Both the position numbers and the translations under genes were made by a program. Below are positions 1 to 9,724 of a DNA stretch of 45,600 nt, piece after piece. The stretch's first letter is position 1. The number at the start of each line of letters is the position of its first letter. The stretch is taken from contig DBCJ01000138.1 of assembly GCA_002293005.1 (NCBI GenBank), positions 1-45,600 of the forward strand. The letters are read 5' to 3'. This stretch comes from Ignavibacteria bacterium UBA961. GTDB taxonomy: Bacteria > Bacteroidota > Ignavibacteria > Kapaibacteriales > UBA961. The notes beneath the pieces are model-generated. The model ran no database searches. It was given only the letters and a program-made list of their open reading frames with translations, and was not told the DNA's origin.

Positions 1-1578
1 CCACTCGAAGAATATATTGAATCACATGCGAATGATTGGAAAGAAAATGTACTCCAACAAAGTCGTTCATGGCTGAAACAAGGCTTGAATGATAGAGCCG
101 CAACGCGAGACATGCAATGGGGAATCAAAGTGCCCGTGGAAGGCGCCGATGGCAAAGTGATTTATGTATGGTTCGAAGCCGTATTGGGATATATTTCGGC
201 AACAAAGCATTGGGCGAAAAGTCAAGGACTGGGACCGGATGCATGGAAAGAATGGTGGTCTGCTCCAAAAGGCGAAGACAGAAATTATGTTGCTTTTTTG
301 GGGAAAGACAATATCGTCTTTCACACGCTGATTTTCCCGATGCTCTTGATGTCCAAAGGCGACATGATACTCCCGCAATATGTACCCGCAAATGAATTTC
401 TGAATTTCGAAGGAAAGAAATTTTCTAAGTCGAATAATTGGGGAATTTTCCTGAGAGATTATCAAAAAGATTTTCCCGGCGAAAGCAATACCGATATCCT
501 GCGTTATGCACTTGCGACGAATCTTCCGGAATCGAAAGACAGTGATTTTACATGGAAGGATTTTCAAGCAAAAACCAATAATGAACTCGCTGCAATTCCG
601 GGAAATTTCATCAATCGCGTCACGCAATTCTTGACGAAAAACTTCGATGGGAAAGTACCAAATCTTGAAGGGAAATATTCTGAATTCGCCAATCAATGGC
701 ATGCATTGATTCATTGGTTCAATGAGAAAACCTGGAATTCCAAAGAAGATATGATTGCTGAGATTCCTGCATCCTTTTCAGAAATCTTCAATGAACATGA
801 TCTTCTCATGATTGCATCCTTGCACTGGGGAATGCAAAGTACCAAGCAATCCTATTTTGGATTCAGATTGCGCGATGCCGTGATGGAAACAATGAATATC
901 GCTCGTTCAGCAAATAAGTATTTCAATGATGCCGAGCCATGGAAATCCATCAAAGGAAATCCTGAAGAGGCGGCAAAAACATTATATGTCTGCTCGCAAG
1001 TGCTTAATGCATTGTCCATCGCATTTGCACCCATCATTCCACATACTGCAAAAAGTATCGCGATTGCATGCGGTCAGGAGCCCAAAACGGGAGATCACTC
1101 CTCAATCGGACTCAATTACTGGAATTGGATTGCGCAACCTGTCCTTGAATGCGGACAGCATATCGCGCAACCACCGATTTTGTTCACAAAACTCGAAGAT
1201 TCTGTCATAGAAGAGAAAATACAATCCATGGAACAAGCTCAAAAACCCTCTGAAGAATTGATATCAATTGAAGATTTCAAAAAAGTGAAATTGCGCACCG
1301 CGAAAATCATTCATGCAGAAGCAGTTCCAAAAAGTGAAAAATTGGTCAAACTGCAAGTCGATTTGGGTGATGAGCAAAGACAAATTCTCGCCGGAATCGC
1401 AAAACACTATTCACCCGAATCCTTGATCGGAAAAACAATCGTCGTGGTGGCAAATCTCAAGCCGGCGAAACTCATGGGTATGGAATCACAAGGAATGCTT
1501 CTTGCGGCAAATGCCGAGGATGGTTCTTTGGGACTCGTCATTCCGGAAATAGATGTCATTGGTTCAGAAGTTCGTTGA
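1..1578 (+). CDS. metG: methionine--tRNA ligase, C-terminal ~525 aa (5' end lies upstream of the window)
   Basis: Frame 1 is open from base 1 (PLEEYIESHANDWKEN...) and runs into the 85..1578 ORF. It has a class-I KMSKS-type loop 'KFSKSNNWG'. The C-terminus carries a Trbp111/EMAP-type tRNA-binding domain 'KVKLRTAKIIHAEAVPKSEKLVKLQVDLG...GMESQGMLLAA'. Confidence 0.9.
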   Translation, partial: PLEEYIESHANDWKENVLQQSRSWLKQGLNDRAATRDMQWGIKVPVEGADGKVIYVWFEAVLGYISATKHWAKSQGLGPDAWKEWWSAPKGEDRNYVAFLGKDNIVFHTLIFPMLLMSKGDMILPQYVPANEFLNFEGKKFSKSNNWGIFLRDYQKDFPGESNTDILRYALATNLPESKDSDFTWKDFQAKTNNELAAIPGNFINRVTQFLTKNFDGKVPNLEGKYSEFANQWHALIHWFNEKTWNSKEDMIAEIPASFSEIFNEHDLLMIASLHWGMQSTKQSYFGFRLRDAVMETMNIARSANKYFNDAEPWKSIKGNPEEAAKTLYVCSQVLNALSIAFAPIIPHTAKSIAIACGQEPKTGDHSSIGLNYWNWIAQPVLECGQHIAQPPILFTKLEDSVIEEKIQSMEQAQKPSEELISIEDFKKVKLRTAKIIHAEAVPKSEKLVKLQVDLGDEQRQILAGIAKHYSPESLIGKTIVVVANLKPAKLMGMESQGMLLAANAEDGSLGLVIPEIDVIGSEVR

Positions 1579-1586
1579 GGTAAATT

Positions 1587-1997
1587 ATGAAAGCAAGTAT
1601 TGACTGGAAAGGCGGAATGTTGCTCGAAGGTAAGAATGCCGAGGGCATGTCCACATATTTTGACACTCATCATCCTGAGCAAAAACATGGCACTCCGATG
1701 GAGATCATGCTTCAAGCGATGGGATCTTGTTCCATAATGGATGTGATTGCAATTCTCGAAAAGAAACGCAAGACAATCACGGCATTGCATGTAGATATCG
1801 ATACGGATAGAGCATCCGAGCATCCGAAAGTATTCACAGCCGTGAGACTACATTATACATTGATTAGTCCGGATGCCGAACTTAAAGATCTGGAGCGTTC
1901 TGTAGAACTTTCGCAGCAAACATATTGCAGTGCATCCGCGATGTTTCAAAAATCCGGTTGCGCTGTATCATGGACTTGCGAAGTGAAATCCGCTTAA
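1587..1997 (+). CDS. OsmC/YhfA family protein
   Basis: 136 aa, starting 9 nt after metG. Both conserved Cys regions of OsmC-like proteins are present ('AMGSCSIMD', 'QTYCSASAM'). Confidence 0.7.
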   Translation: MKASIDWKGGMLLEGKNAEGMSTYFDTHHPEQKHGTPMEIMLQAMGSCSIMDVIAILEKKRKTITALHVDIDTDRASEHPKVFTAVRLHYTLISPDAELKDLERSVELSQQTYCSASAMFQKSGCAVSWTCEVKSA

Positions 1998-2881
1998 CAT
2001 TTTCCCAGCATTTTAAGCCTTTCGATTCTTGATGCTTCATTGCGGAGAAGCCATTCATCTTGACTCAAAATCGCATAAGCAGAAGCAAAAAATGGTTGTG
2101 CTTGATCATGATGTCCTTTCGCGAGCAGGCATTCACCAATTTCTTCAACCAAGTAACCATCATTCGGAAGACTGCGCTGTTTGCGCTCATCCGCAATCAC
2201 ATATAATTCCCTCAAAGCCTCATCAGTTCTGTTCAGTAGACGAAGCATCTTAGACATGGACCAATGCGCAATCAATGCTTCTTCATGTCGATGTCTTTCT
2301 CTATACCATGTTTCATTATTGAGAAAACATTCCAAGGCTTGATCGAATCGACCCAATCCATGCATGGTCCAACCGATATTATTATACAAAGACCCCAACC
2401 AACTCTTTGTTTTCGCATCTTGAGAATCCTCGGCAAACTGCATCGCCTTCATATTCCATTCTAGTGCTACTTCTCCCTCTGAAATGATACCGAGCATATG
2501 TGCGGCATCCACTGCATGAAAATCAATGCCATGTTCAACTGCTTCATTCCATGCAGTGAGAAAATCTTCACGGCCACGGTCTTCGATTTGCATGGAATTC
2601 AATAATCTTCCTCTCTCAAGATGATATCGAATAAATGGAATGATGCGATCTATGCCATTCAGATCATCGATGAGATCTTTGGCAGATTGAAGATATGCAT
2701 TGCATCCTTGAGCATCATGGAGAAGACTTTTGCAACGAGCAAGTTGAGTGTATAATTGAGGAAGAAGCGTTGAATCTTCATGTTCTGTCAGTTCATCGAC
2801 ATATTCCAAGAAAGCTTCTTCTGTTTGAGCAGGATCTTGATATTTCCACTCTTTTTCAAATTCATGTGCTTCAAAATTCAT
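1994..2881 (-). CDS. cytoplasmic TPR-like/helical-repeat protein, function unknown
   Basis: 295-aa ORF with no signal peptide and helical-repeat character. Its ATG overlaps the stop of the upstream ABC ATPase (ATGA at 2878..2881). Confidence 0.5.
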   Translation of the reverse strand: MNFEAHEFEKEWKYQDPAQTEEAFLEYVDELTEHEDSTLLPQLYTQLARCKSLLHDAQGCNAYLQSAKDLIDDLNGIDRIIPFIRYHLERGRLLNSMQIEDRGREDFLTAWNEAVEHGIDFHAVDAAHMLGIISEGEVALEWNMKAMQFAEDSQDAKTKSWLGSLYNNIGWTMHGLGRFDQALECFLNNETWYRERHRHEEALIAHWSMSKMLRLLNRTDEALRELYVIADERKQRSLPNDGYLVEEIGECLLAKGHHDQAQPFFASAYAILSQDEWLLRNEASRIERLKMLGKC

Positions 2882-3972
2882 AGTCTTTCTCCAGTTTCAG
2901 TGGAGAAGATACAAATGTGATTCACATCAAAATGTACAGAAATATCCTTGCCATTTGGATGCATTTCAGAGACGGGGAGTCGCATGGATTTTCTCGTTCC
3001 ACCGGAAAGCATGTGTAGAATCATTTCATGACCATGATATTCAGATTGATCGATTGCGGTTTTCCAAATAGGACCGGAGATTTCATATGCCTGAATAGAG
3101 CAATGCTCCGGTCTGATACCGACAGTAATATGTTTGGGAATGGATATTTGTGTTGAGAGCACAGAATGTGGAATGGAGAATATTGCACCTCCATTCTCCT
3201 CGGTGAAATGTATCACATCTCCTTCTGAATGTGCAGTACCTTTGAAAAAATTCATGTTCGGACTACCCAGAAAACCGGCTACAAAGAGATTATTCGGTGA
3301 TTGATAAATCTCTTGTGGCGTTCCGATTTGCATCAATTTTCCTTTATTCAATACAGCGATTCGATCACCCATTGTCATCGCTTCTGCCTGATCATGCGTC
3401 ACATAAATGCCTGTGATGCCGAGTCTTTTCTGAAGATTCACGATTTCTGCACGCATGTGGAGTCGCAATTGCGCATCAAGATTTGAGAGTGGTTCATCGA
3501 AAAGGAAAACTCTTGGCGTGCGAATGATTGCCCGGCCCAATGCCACGCGTTGTCTTTGTCCACCCGAAAGTTGTTTTGGTTTTCTGTCTAGTAATGTTTC
3601 AAGTCCGACGAGTTCAGCCACTTCTTGCACGCGCTTTTTAATTTCGCTCGGATTCACTTTGCGGAGAGATAATGGAAATCCCAAATTCTCAGCCACCGAG
3701 AGATGCGGATAGAGGGCATAATTCTGGAATACCATACCGATATCACGAGATTTGGAGGGCATATCATTGACGATTTGATCATCAAAGAGCAATTGGCCAC
3801 CGGTGATGTCTTCAAGTCCTGCAATCATCCGAAGCACCGTGCTTTTTCCGCAACCCGATGGGCCGACAAGTACGAGTAATTCGCCGGGATTGATGGTGAG
3901 TGATAAATCAGGAATTATTTGTTTTCCTGATTCATATTCTTTGACAATATGTTGTAAGGTGACTTGTGTCAT
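2878..3972 (-). CDS. ABC transporter ATP-binding protein, MalK/UgpC/MsmX type
   Basis: Walker A 'GPSGCGKST', signature 'LSGGQRQR' and Walker B 'FLFDEPLS' are present. The ~130-aa C-terminal regulatory (TOBE-like) extension is typical of sugar-importer ATPases. Confidence 0.85.
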   Translation of the reverse strand: MTQVTLQHIVKEYESGKQIIPDLSLTINPGELLVLVGPSGCGKSTVLRMIAGLEDITGGQLLFDDQIVNDMPSKSRDIGMVFQNYALYPHLSVAENLGFPLSLRKVNPSEIKKRVQEVAELVGLETLLDRKPKQLSGGQRQRVALGRAIIRTPRVFLFDEPLSNLDAQLRLHMRAEIVNLQKRLGITGIYVTHDQAEAMTMGDRIAVLNKGKLMQIGTPQEIYQSPNNLFVAGFLGSPNMNFFKGTAHSEGDVIHFTEENGGAIFSIPHSVLSTQISIPKHITVGIRPEHCSIQAYEISGPIWKTAIDQSEYHGHEMILHMLSGGTRKSMRLPVSEMHPNGKDISVHFDVNHICIFSTETGERL

Positions 3973-4011
3973 GAATGCTCCAAAATATTCTCTTTTACTC
4001 TGCTATATTGT

Positions 4012-5805
4012 TCATCGCAATTGAAGTGCTGACAAGTGAGCATAGACTCCATTTTGTGCAATCAATGCATCATGAGTTCCATATTCAATGATTGAGCCTT
4101 TGTCGAAGACTGCTATAGCATCACAGTTTTTGATGGTTGATAATCTATGTGCGATGATGATTGTAGTTCTCGATTCCATGAGTCTTTCCAATGCTTCACT
4201 GATGAGATGTTCCGAAGATGAATCAAGTGAACTTGTTGCTTCATCAAGGATCAAAATCGGTGGATTTTTGAGTATGGCTCTCGCGATTGCAATTCTTTGT
4301 CTTTGTCCACCGGAAAGCGTGATTCCTCTTTCACCAACAATGGTATCATATCCTTCGGGGAATCGCTCAATGAATTCTTTGGCATTGGCAAGTTCTGCGG
4401 CTTTCTTTAATTCATCCAATTCAGCATGAATATTTCCATAGCGAATATTCTCTGCAATTGTTCCACCAAAGAGTACGATGTCTTGTGGCACTATGCCGAT
4501 GGATGCTCGAATGCATGATAAACCGAGTTCGGAAGCGGGGATTCCATCATAGGAAATCACTCCTTCGCTAGGCTGATAAAATTGCTGTATTAGTGATGCC
4601 GTTGTGCTTTTGCCTGCTCCACTTTCACCAACGAAAGCAATGCGTTGACCTGATTGAATCTCGAGATTGATGGATTTCAATGCCGGAATATCGGGTCTGG
4701 AAGGATAATGAAAATTCATATCTTTCAAAGAAATCGAATGCAAAGGTCTGAATTTTTTGTTTTGATCACTTGAATCAATCATTTCGATGTCTGCATCGAG
4801 TATTTCTCTCAATCTGACAGAAGCGCCGAGCGCCTTTTGTATTTGACCCAGCAATTCGGCAAAACTTCCCATTGCCCCGCCGACAAACATCGCATAAATG
4901 AGAAATGTCGCAAAATCTCCTACTGTGATGGTGCCTTGTTGCACCAGACTTCCGCCATACCAAATGACGCCGGCAATACCACCAAAAAAGGTGAAGAGAA
5001 TGAATGATACAAATGCCGAGCGTAGTTTTGCGGTGCGAATTGCAAGACCAATCATATTCTGCAGTGCGCCATGATAACGCTTTGTTTCAAATTGCTCATT
5101 GGTGAAGGATTTTACGCTTGAAATTGCCTGTAATGTTTCCTCGATGATGGTTGCCGACATCGCGAGCGCATCTTGCGTTTTTGTGCTTTGCTTTCTGATG
5201 AAGCGACCAAACATCACGGCTATCAATACAAGAATTGGTAATGCCAGCAGAACGGGCAATGCAAGATCGAGTCCTGCAGTGAGAATAAAACCTATGCCAC
5301 CAATCATGAAAATGGTTTGTCGCAAAAGTTCAAGTACCGTAAATGCAAAGGTTTCTTGAATTTGGGAAAGATCTGAAGATAATCTCGAGGAAAGTTCGCC
5401 CACTCTGCGTTCGGCAAAGAAATGCATCGGTAATCGAATGATATGGTCGAATGCTTTGGTGCGCAATTCCGCGAGTGATGTCTCGGTGATGCGGGCAATG
5501 GTCATCGAAGCAAAGAAACGAATTGTGCTTTGAACAGCAATCAATATGAGGAGCCAAACTGCGAGCATGCCCGGTGAAGGAGCAATGCCGAAGAGACCAT
5601 GAGATTGTTCAGGATGAATGAAGCCATCGAGCATCGTCCCGATCATGGCCGGAAAAATGAGTCCGATAGATGCCGTGATCAGCATGATGATGAGTGCCAA
5701 AATACCTTTAACTGCATGAGGTCTGTAAAAACTCAAGAGAAAACGGATTTGTGCACCTGATTCGCTTGAATTCATGCGCTTGTTCTGTTGTTTATCCATT
5801 GCCAT
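4012..5805 (-). CDS. ABC exporter, fused permease/ATPase (MsbA/multidrug-type half transporter)
   Basis: The N-terminal half is hydrophobic and multi-TM. The C-terminal NBD has 'GESGAGKST', 'LSGGQRQR' and 'ILILDEATS'. Confidence 0.85.
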   Translation of the reverse strand: MAMDKQQNKRMNSSESGAQIRFLLSFYRPHAVKGILALIIMLITASIGLIFPAMIGTMLDGFIHPEQSHGLFGIAPSPGMLAVWLLILIAVQSTIRFFASMTIARITETSLAELRTKAFDHIIRLPMHFFAERRVGELSSRLSSDLSQIQETFAFTVLELLRQTIFMIGGIGFILTAGLDLALPVLLALPILVLIAVMFGRFIRKQSTKTQDALAMSATIIEETLQAISSVKSFTNEQFETKRYHGALQNMIGLAIRTAKLRSAFVSFILFTFFGGIAGVIWYGGSLVQQGTITVGDFATFLIYAMFVGGAMGSFAELLGQIQKALGASVRLREILDADIEMIDSSDQNKKFRPLHSISLKDMNFHYPSRPDIPALKSINLEIQSGQRIAFVGESGAGKSTTASLIQQFYQPSEGVISYDGIPASELGLSCIRASIGIVPQDIVLFGGTIAENIRYGNIHAELDELKKAAELANAKEFIERFPEGYDTIVGERGITLSGGQRQRIAIARAILKNPPILILDEATSSLDSSSEHLISEALERLMESRTTIIIAHRLSTIKNCDAIAVFDKGSIIEYGTHDALIAQNGVYAHLSALQLR

Positions 5806-5909
5806 GTGTATAGTGTTGAATTCACCGAGAATTCATGAAAGAATCTTCTTGTGATGTGGGTGAATACATCGGGAATTCTCATTTTTGCCGAAACATTTAC
5901 AAAATTACA

Positions 5910-6590
5910 ATGAAAACACTCGATACATTCACCAATCCGGCATTTCCTTCCAATGTTCAGTCAATTCCCGATTGGCCCGAGGAGTATTTCTTCCTGAAAG
6001 GAGTTGATCATTCGGTCATTTCCATGAAGAAAGGAGAAAAAGTGTTTACCGAAGGCGAGGGATGCGGTCGTTTGGGATTCATCATTTCCGGAACCATCAA
6101 AGTATTCAAAGATAGTCCAAGTGGTAGATCCATGACGCTGTATCGCATTGGTCGTGGTGAAAGTTGCATGCTTTCTATGTCATGCGCTCTGTCGAATCCC
6201 ATACATCAAGCATCTGCCATGGTTGAGGAAGATGCATGGGTCATAACGCTCAGACCCGATATTTTCAGAACACTCATGAATGATTCCGAAGCTGCAAGAA
6301 ATTATGTATTCACGCAATTTGCGCTTCGCATGACAGATAATATGGTGCTGATTGAAGAAGTGGTATTCAAAAGGATGGATCAAAGACTCGCCGATATGCT
6401 CATCGAGCGCTCGCAGTCCGGCGGGGAAATCATCAAGATGACGCATGAAGAATTGGCCACTGAGCTTGGAACGGCTCGTGAAGTGATTAGTAGATTATTA
6501 AAAGAACTTGAATTAAACGGACTCGTCAGATTGCAAAGAGGAAGTATTGAAATCTTGGATCTGAAAGCATTGTCCAAAAAAGGAGCATGA
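5910..6590 (+). CDS. Crp/Fnr family transcriptional regulator
   Basis: A cNMP-binding-like N-terminal domain is followed by a C-terminal HTH 'THEELATELGTAREVISRLLKEL'. I prefer the ATG at 5910 (226 aa, normal family length) over the ORF-track start at 5835. Confidence 0.8.
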   Translation: MKTLDTFTNPAFPSNVQSIPDWPEEYFFLKGVDHSVISMKKGEKVFTEGEGCGRLGFIISGTIKVFKDSPSGRSMTLYRIGRGESCMLSMSCALSNPIHQASAMVEEDAWVITLRPDIFRTLMNDSEAARNYVFTQFALRMTDNMVLIEEVVFKRMDQRLADMLIERSQSGGEIIKMTHEELATELGTAREVISRLLKELELNGLVRLQRGSIEILDLKALSKKGA

Positions 6591-6591
6591 T

Positions 6592-6924
6592 ATGTCGGCC
6601 TATTATGAAGTCACTATGGAAGTTGATTCCTCCATCGCCGAAGAATGGGTGGAATTTATGCGCTCGGAACATATCCCTGAAGTGATGCAAACAGGTGTGT
6701 TCTCATCATGTCAATTCCTGAGAATCATCGAGCCTGCTAAAGAAGGATTCGAATGTTTTCGCATCACCTATAAAGCAAAGAATTTATCAGCCATTCAGGA
6801 ATATCGTGCTGAAATGTCTCCCGAATTGCAAAGAAAACATAATGAGCGCTATGGCGAGTATGCAAAAGGTTCGAGAAGAGAAATGATCGGTGAATTCGGC
6901 ATCACTTTTTCGGAACAATCCTGA
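6592..6924 (+). CDS. DUF4286 family protein
   Basis: 110 aa. 'YEVTMEVDSSIAEEWVEFMRSEHIPEVMQTGVF' matches my memory of the DUF4286 N-terminus. It starts 1 nt after the crp-like stop. Confidence 0.55.
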   Translation: MSAYYEVTMEVDSSIAEEWVEFMRSEHIPEVMQTGVFSSCQFLRIIEPAKEGFECFRITYKAKNLSAIQEYRAEMSPELQRKHNERYGEYAKGSRREMIGEFGITFSEQS

Positions 6925-7592
6925 TGGAACAGATGAATCTCTATTCAATTCCAAATGCCGAACATTTGCAAATCCTCTGTATTGAAGCGGGACCTGTGGC
7001 AACCAATGGCTATATGCTGATGGACATGGATTCAAAATCAGCTGTCATCATTGATGCTCCACATCAAAGCGTGAGACTCTTTGAGGCCTATGCCGAGGAA
7101 AAAGAATTGAAGATTTCCGCATTATGGCTCACGCATACGCATTGGGATCATACAGCCGATGCAGAATTGTGTGCTGAAAAAAGTATGGATATTCTTGTGC
7201 ATCCACTTGATGCCTATCGTTTGCTTGATCAGTCTGCTCATACCGTGTGGCCACTTCCATTCACATTGGGAAATGTGCAATACACAGGTATAATCGAGCA
7301 AGGCGATTTTCTTACTTGCGGAGCTTGGAAATGCGAGGTCATTCACACACCCGGACATACCGAAGGTGGTGTATGTTTTGTTGATCGCTTGCATTCATGC
7401 ATCTTTGCTGGTGATACCTTATTTGCAGGAAGCATCGGCAGGACTGATTTACCCGGTGGCGACATGAACACATTGCTTGATTCCATCAAGAATTCTTTGC
7501 TCGAATTGCCTGAGGATATGATCGTGTTTCCGGGTCATGGTCCACTCACAACCATCGGCGATGAAAAAGAAAGCAATCCATTTTTACATTGA
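6924..7592 (+). CDS. MBL-fold metallo-hydrolase (glyoxalase II-like)
   Basis: Has the HxHxDH motif 'LTHTHWDHTAD' plus a downstream 'HTPGHTEGG' and a 'GRTDLPGGD' segment. The start overlaps the previous stop by 1 nt. Confidence 0.8.
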   Translation: MEQMNLYSIPNAEHLQILCIEAGPVATNGYMLMDMDSKSAVIIDAPHQSVRLFEAYAEEKELKISALWLTHTHWDHTADAELCAEKSMDILVHPLDAYRLLDQSAHTVWPLPFTLGNVQYTGIIEQGDFLTCGAWKCEVIHTPGHTEGGVCFVDRLHSCIFAGDTLFAGSIGRTDLPGGDMNTLLDSIKNSLLELPEDMIVFPGHGPLTTIGDEKESNPFLH

Positions 7593-7621
7593 AATCCATC
7601 TGATTTCACGGACACATTTTA

Positions 7622-8140
7622 ATGATGAACAACTATTCATATTTCAGTAATAGAGTACTCACCATCCTTTCTCTAATTTGCATCTCATTGTTTGCGGGAT
7701 GCTACTCTTTCACCGGTGGATCCGTTCCGGATCATCTGAAGACAATAAGTCTGACGGCCGTTCAAGACAATAGCGGTTTTGGAAATCCTCGATTCAGAGA
7801 TGTGCTCACGAGGAGATTGCTCGACAAATTTCGTAATGACAATACCCTCGTGCTTGTTGAGTCCAATGGCGATGCCCAATTACAGTCCACCATTATTCGA
7901 ATTAATGATGATGTTGTATCGGTCAGCCCGGGTGAAGTTGAAAGAGAAAGAAGAATCACTGTATCGGTGGAAGCCGAATACACAGATTATGTGAAAAGAA
8001 AACAAGTCTGGAAAAGAACATTCTCGAACTTTCAAGTTTATCTCATTAGTCAGGGACAACAAGCCAGAGAAGAAGCAGTAATCGCTGCTTTGCAGCAAAT
8101 TGGCGAAGATATTCTTCTTGCCGTGGTATCGGGATGGTAA
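7622..8140 (+). CDS. lptE: LptE-like outer-membrane lipoprotein
   Basis: Signal peptide with lipobox 'LFAGC'. The 172-aa size and the 'CYSFTGGSVPDHLKTISL' start match the FCB-type LptE family as I recall it. Confidence 0.55.
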   Translation: MMNNYSYFSNRVLTILSLICISLFAGCYSFTGGSVPDHLKTISLTAVQDNSGFGNPRFRDVLTRRLLDKFRNDNTLVLVESNGDAQLQSTIIRINDDVVSVSPGEVERERRITVSVEAEYTDYVKRKQVWKRTFSNFQVYLISQGQQAREEAVIAALQQIGEDILLAVVSGW

Positions 8141-8188
8141 TCCCGTTTATCGGGCAATCATTCATTCACTCTTATCTAAACACATACC

Positions 8189-9640
8189 ATGGAAGTTGCA
8201 ATACTCATTGTGTACTTTATCTCCCTCAGTATCCTTTTTGCATTTGGTCTTCACGGACTTGTGATGATTTACTATTATCACAAAACCAGAGCTTATGCAA
8301 CACCGGATTTAGAAATCCCCGAAGTACTTCCCGTGGTCACGGTGCAATTGCCGGTTTTCAATGAAGTATATGTCATTGAAAGACTTGTGAATGCCGTTTG
8401 TGAAATGGAATATCCCAAAGACAAATTAGAAATACAATTGCTTGATGATTCAACTGATGAAACAGTCGAAGTGTCACGCCGTTTAGTGGCTGAATGGGCC
8501 TCACGCGGTTTTGACATCAAGCACATACATCGCATTGACAGAAGCGGCTTCAAGGCAGGTGCTTTGAAGAGTGGGCTTGAAAAAGCCAAGGGTGAATTCG
8601 TGGCAATTTTTGATGCTGACTTTGTTCCTAAGAAAGATTTCTTGATGAAAACCATTCCGCATTTCCACAATGATGGAGTTGGCATGGTGCAAACACGCTG
8701 GGAACATTTGAATGAAGATTATTCATACCTCACTCGCGCTCAAGCATTGGCTCTTGATGGTCACTTCGTGATCGAACAACAAGTGCGCAATAAAGCAGGA
8801 TTCTTCATCAATTTTAATGGTACTGCCGGAATTTGGAGAAAGTCATGCATCGAGGATGCTGGCAATTGGCATGCAGATACATTGGCTGAGGATTTGGATT
8901 TAAGTTATCGCGCTCAGCTTCGTGGTTGGAAATTCGTGTTTTTGAATGATGTCACTTCACCGGCTGAATTGCCTGCTGATATCAATGGTTTGAAAACTCA
9001 GCAATTCCGTTGGACAAAAGGTGCTGTTGAAACTGCAAAGAAATTATTGCCTCTTGTATGGAAATCAAAGATTCCACTGAAGATCAAATTGGAATGTACC
9101 GTGCATTTGACAAGTAATATCGTCTTCCCATTCATTCTTTTGACAGCATTTTTGAATGTGCCTTTGGTGGTGATCAAGAATACGGTTGAGGGATATGATT
9201 CAATCTTCACGATGATGGGAATCTTCGTGCTTGCTTCCATCAGTACATTCATGTTCTACATGTATGCTCAAAGAGCGATTCATCTTGACTGGCGTCGCAG
9301 ATTGATGCTGTTTCCCGTCTTCATGGCAGGCAGCATGGGTTTTGCGGTGAATAATACGAAAGCTGTGTTTGAGGCTCTCACTGGTAAGAAATCCGCATTC
9401 CTTCGCACTCCGAAATATAAAATCGTTGGTGCTGAAGGCGAATGGAAAAAGAAGAAATATGTGCAGAAGAAGATCGGTGGGGCCGTATTCATGGAATTGT
9501 TCTTCACACTGTATTTCATCGTCGGCATCTCAATTTCGTTGTTCTATCTTGAAATCGCCGCAATCCCTTTCCAATTGCTCTTTTTGGCGGGATTCGGCAC
9601 AGTGGGCGCATTGTCTCTCAGACATGCCCTCGAGAGTTAA
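8189..9640 (+). CDS. processive family-2 glycosyltransferase (CslA/cellulose-synthase-like, membrane-integrated)
   Basis: Contains 'LLDDSTDET', 'IFDADFVP', 'AEDLDLSYR' and the processive-synthase motif 'QQFRWTKG'. One N-terminal and several C-terminal hydrophobic helices. Confidence 0.85.
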   Translation: MEVAILIVYFISLSILFAFGLHGLVMIYYYHKTRAYATPDLEIPEVLPVVTVQLPVFNEVYVIERLVNAVCEMEYPKDKLEIQLLDDSTDETVEVSRRLVAEWASRGFDIKHIHRIDRSGFKAGALKSGLEKAKGEFVAIFDADFVPKKDFLMKTIPHFHNDGVGMVQTRWEHLNEDYSYLTRAQALALDGHFVIEQQVRNKAGFFINFNGTAGIWRKSCIEDAGNWHADTLAEDLDLSYRAQLRGWKFVFLNDVTSPAELPADINGLKTQQFRWTKGAVETAKKLLPLVWKSKIPLKIKLECTVHLTSNIVFPFILLTAFLNVPLVVIKNTVEGYDSIFTMMGIFVLASISTFMFYMYAQRAIHLDWRRRLMLFPVFMAGSMGFAVNNTKAVFEALTGKKSAFLRTPKYKIVGAEGEWKKKKYVQKKIGGAVFMELFFTLYFIVGISISLFYLEIAAIPFQLLFLAGFGTVGALSLRHALES

Positions 9641-9679
9641 GATTCCACTCATTCAAGACTCTGAAATTCTGTAATTTTG

Positions 9680-9710
9680 AAGGTGTTCGATTGAAACGGA
9701 CACCTTTTTT
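9680..9710 (+). terminator. rho-independent terminator after the GT2 gene
   Basis: Stem 'aaggtgt' / 'acacctt' around the loop 'tcgattgaaacgg', followed by a T6 run. Confidence 0.7.
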
Positions 9711-9724
9711 ATTGAGGATATATC

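Noticed and set aside
67-714. 215-aa ORF antisense to metG. Similar long antisense ORFs occur at 1407..1823, 8293..8685, 19536..19901, 37382..37837, 39696..40190 and 42199..42558.
   Set aside because: Each lies entirely inside a well-supported gene on the other strand. They have Cys/Arg/His-rich, low-plausibility composition and no motifs, which is typical of shadow ORFs in an AT-rich genome.
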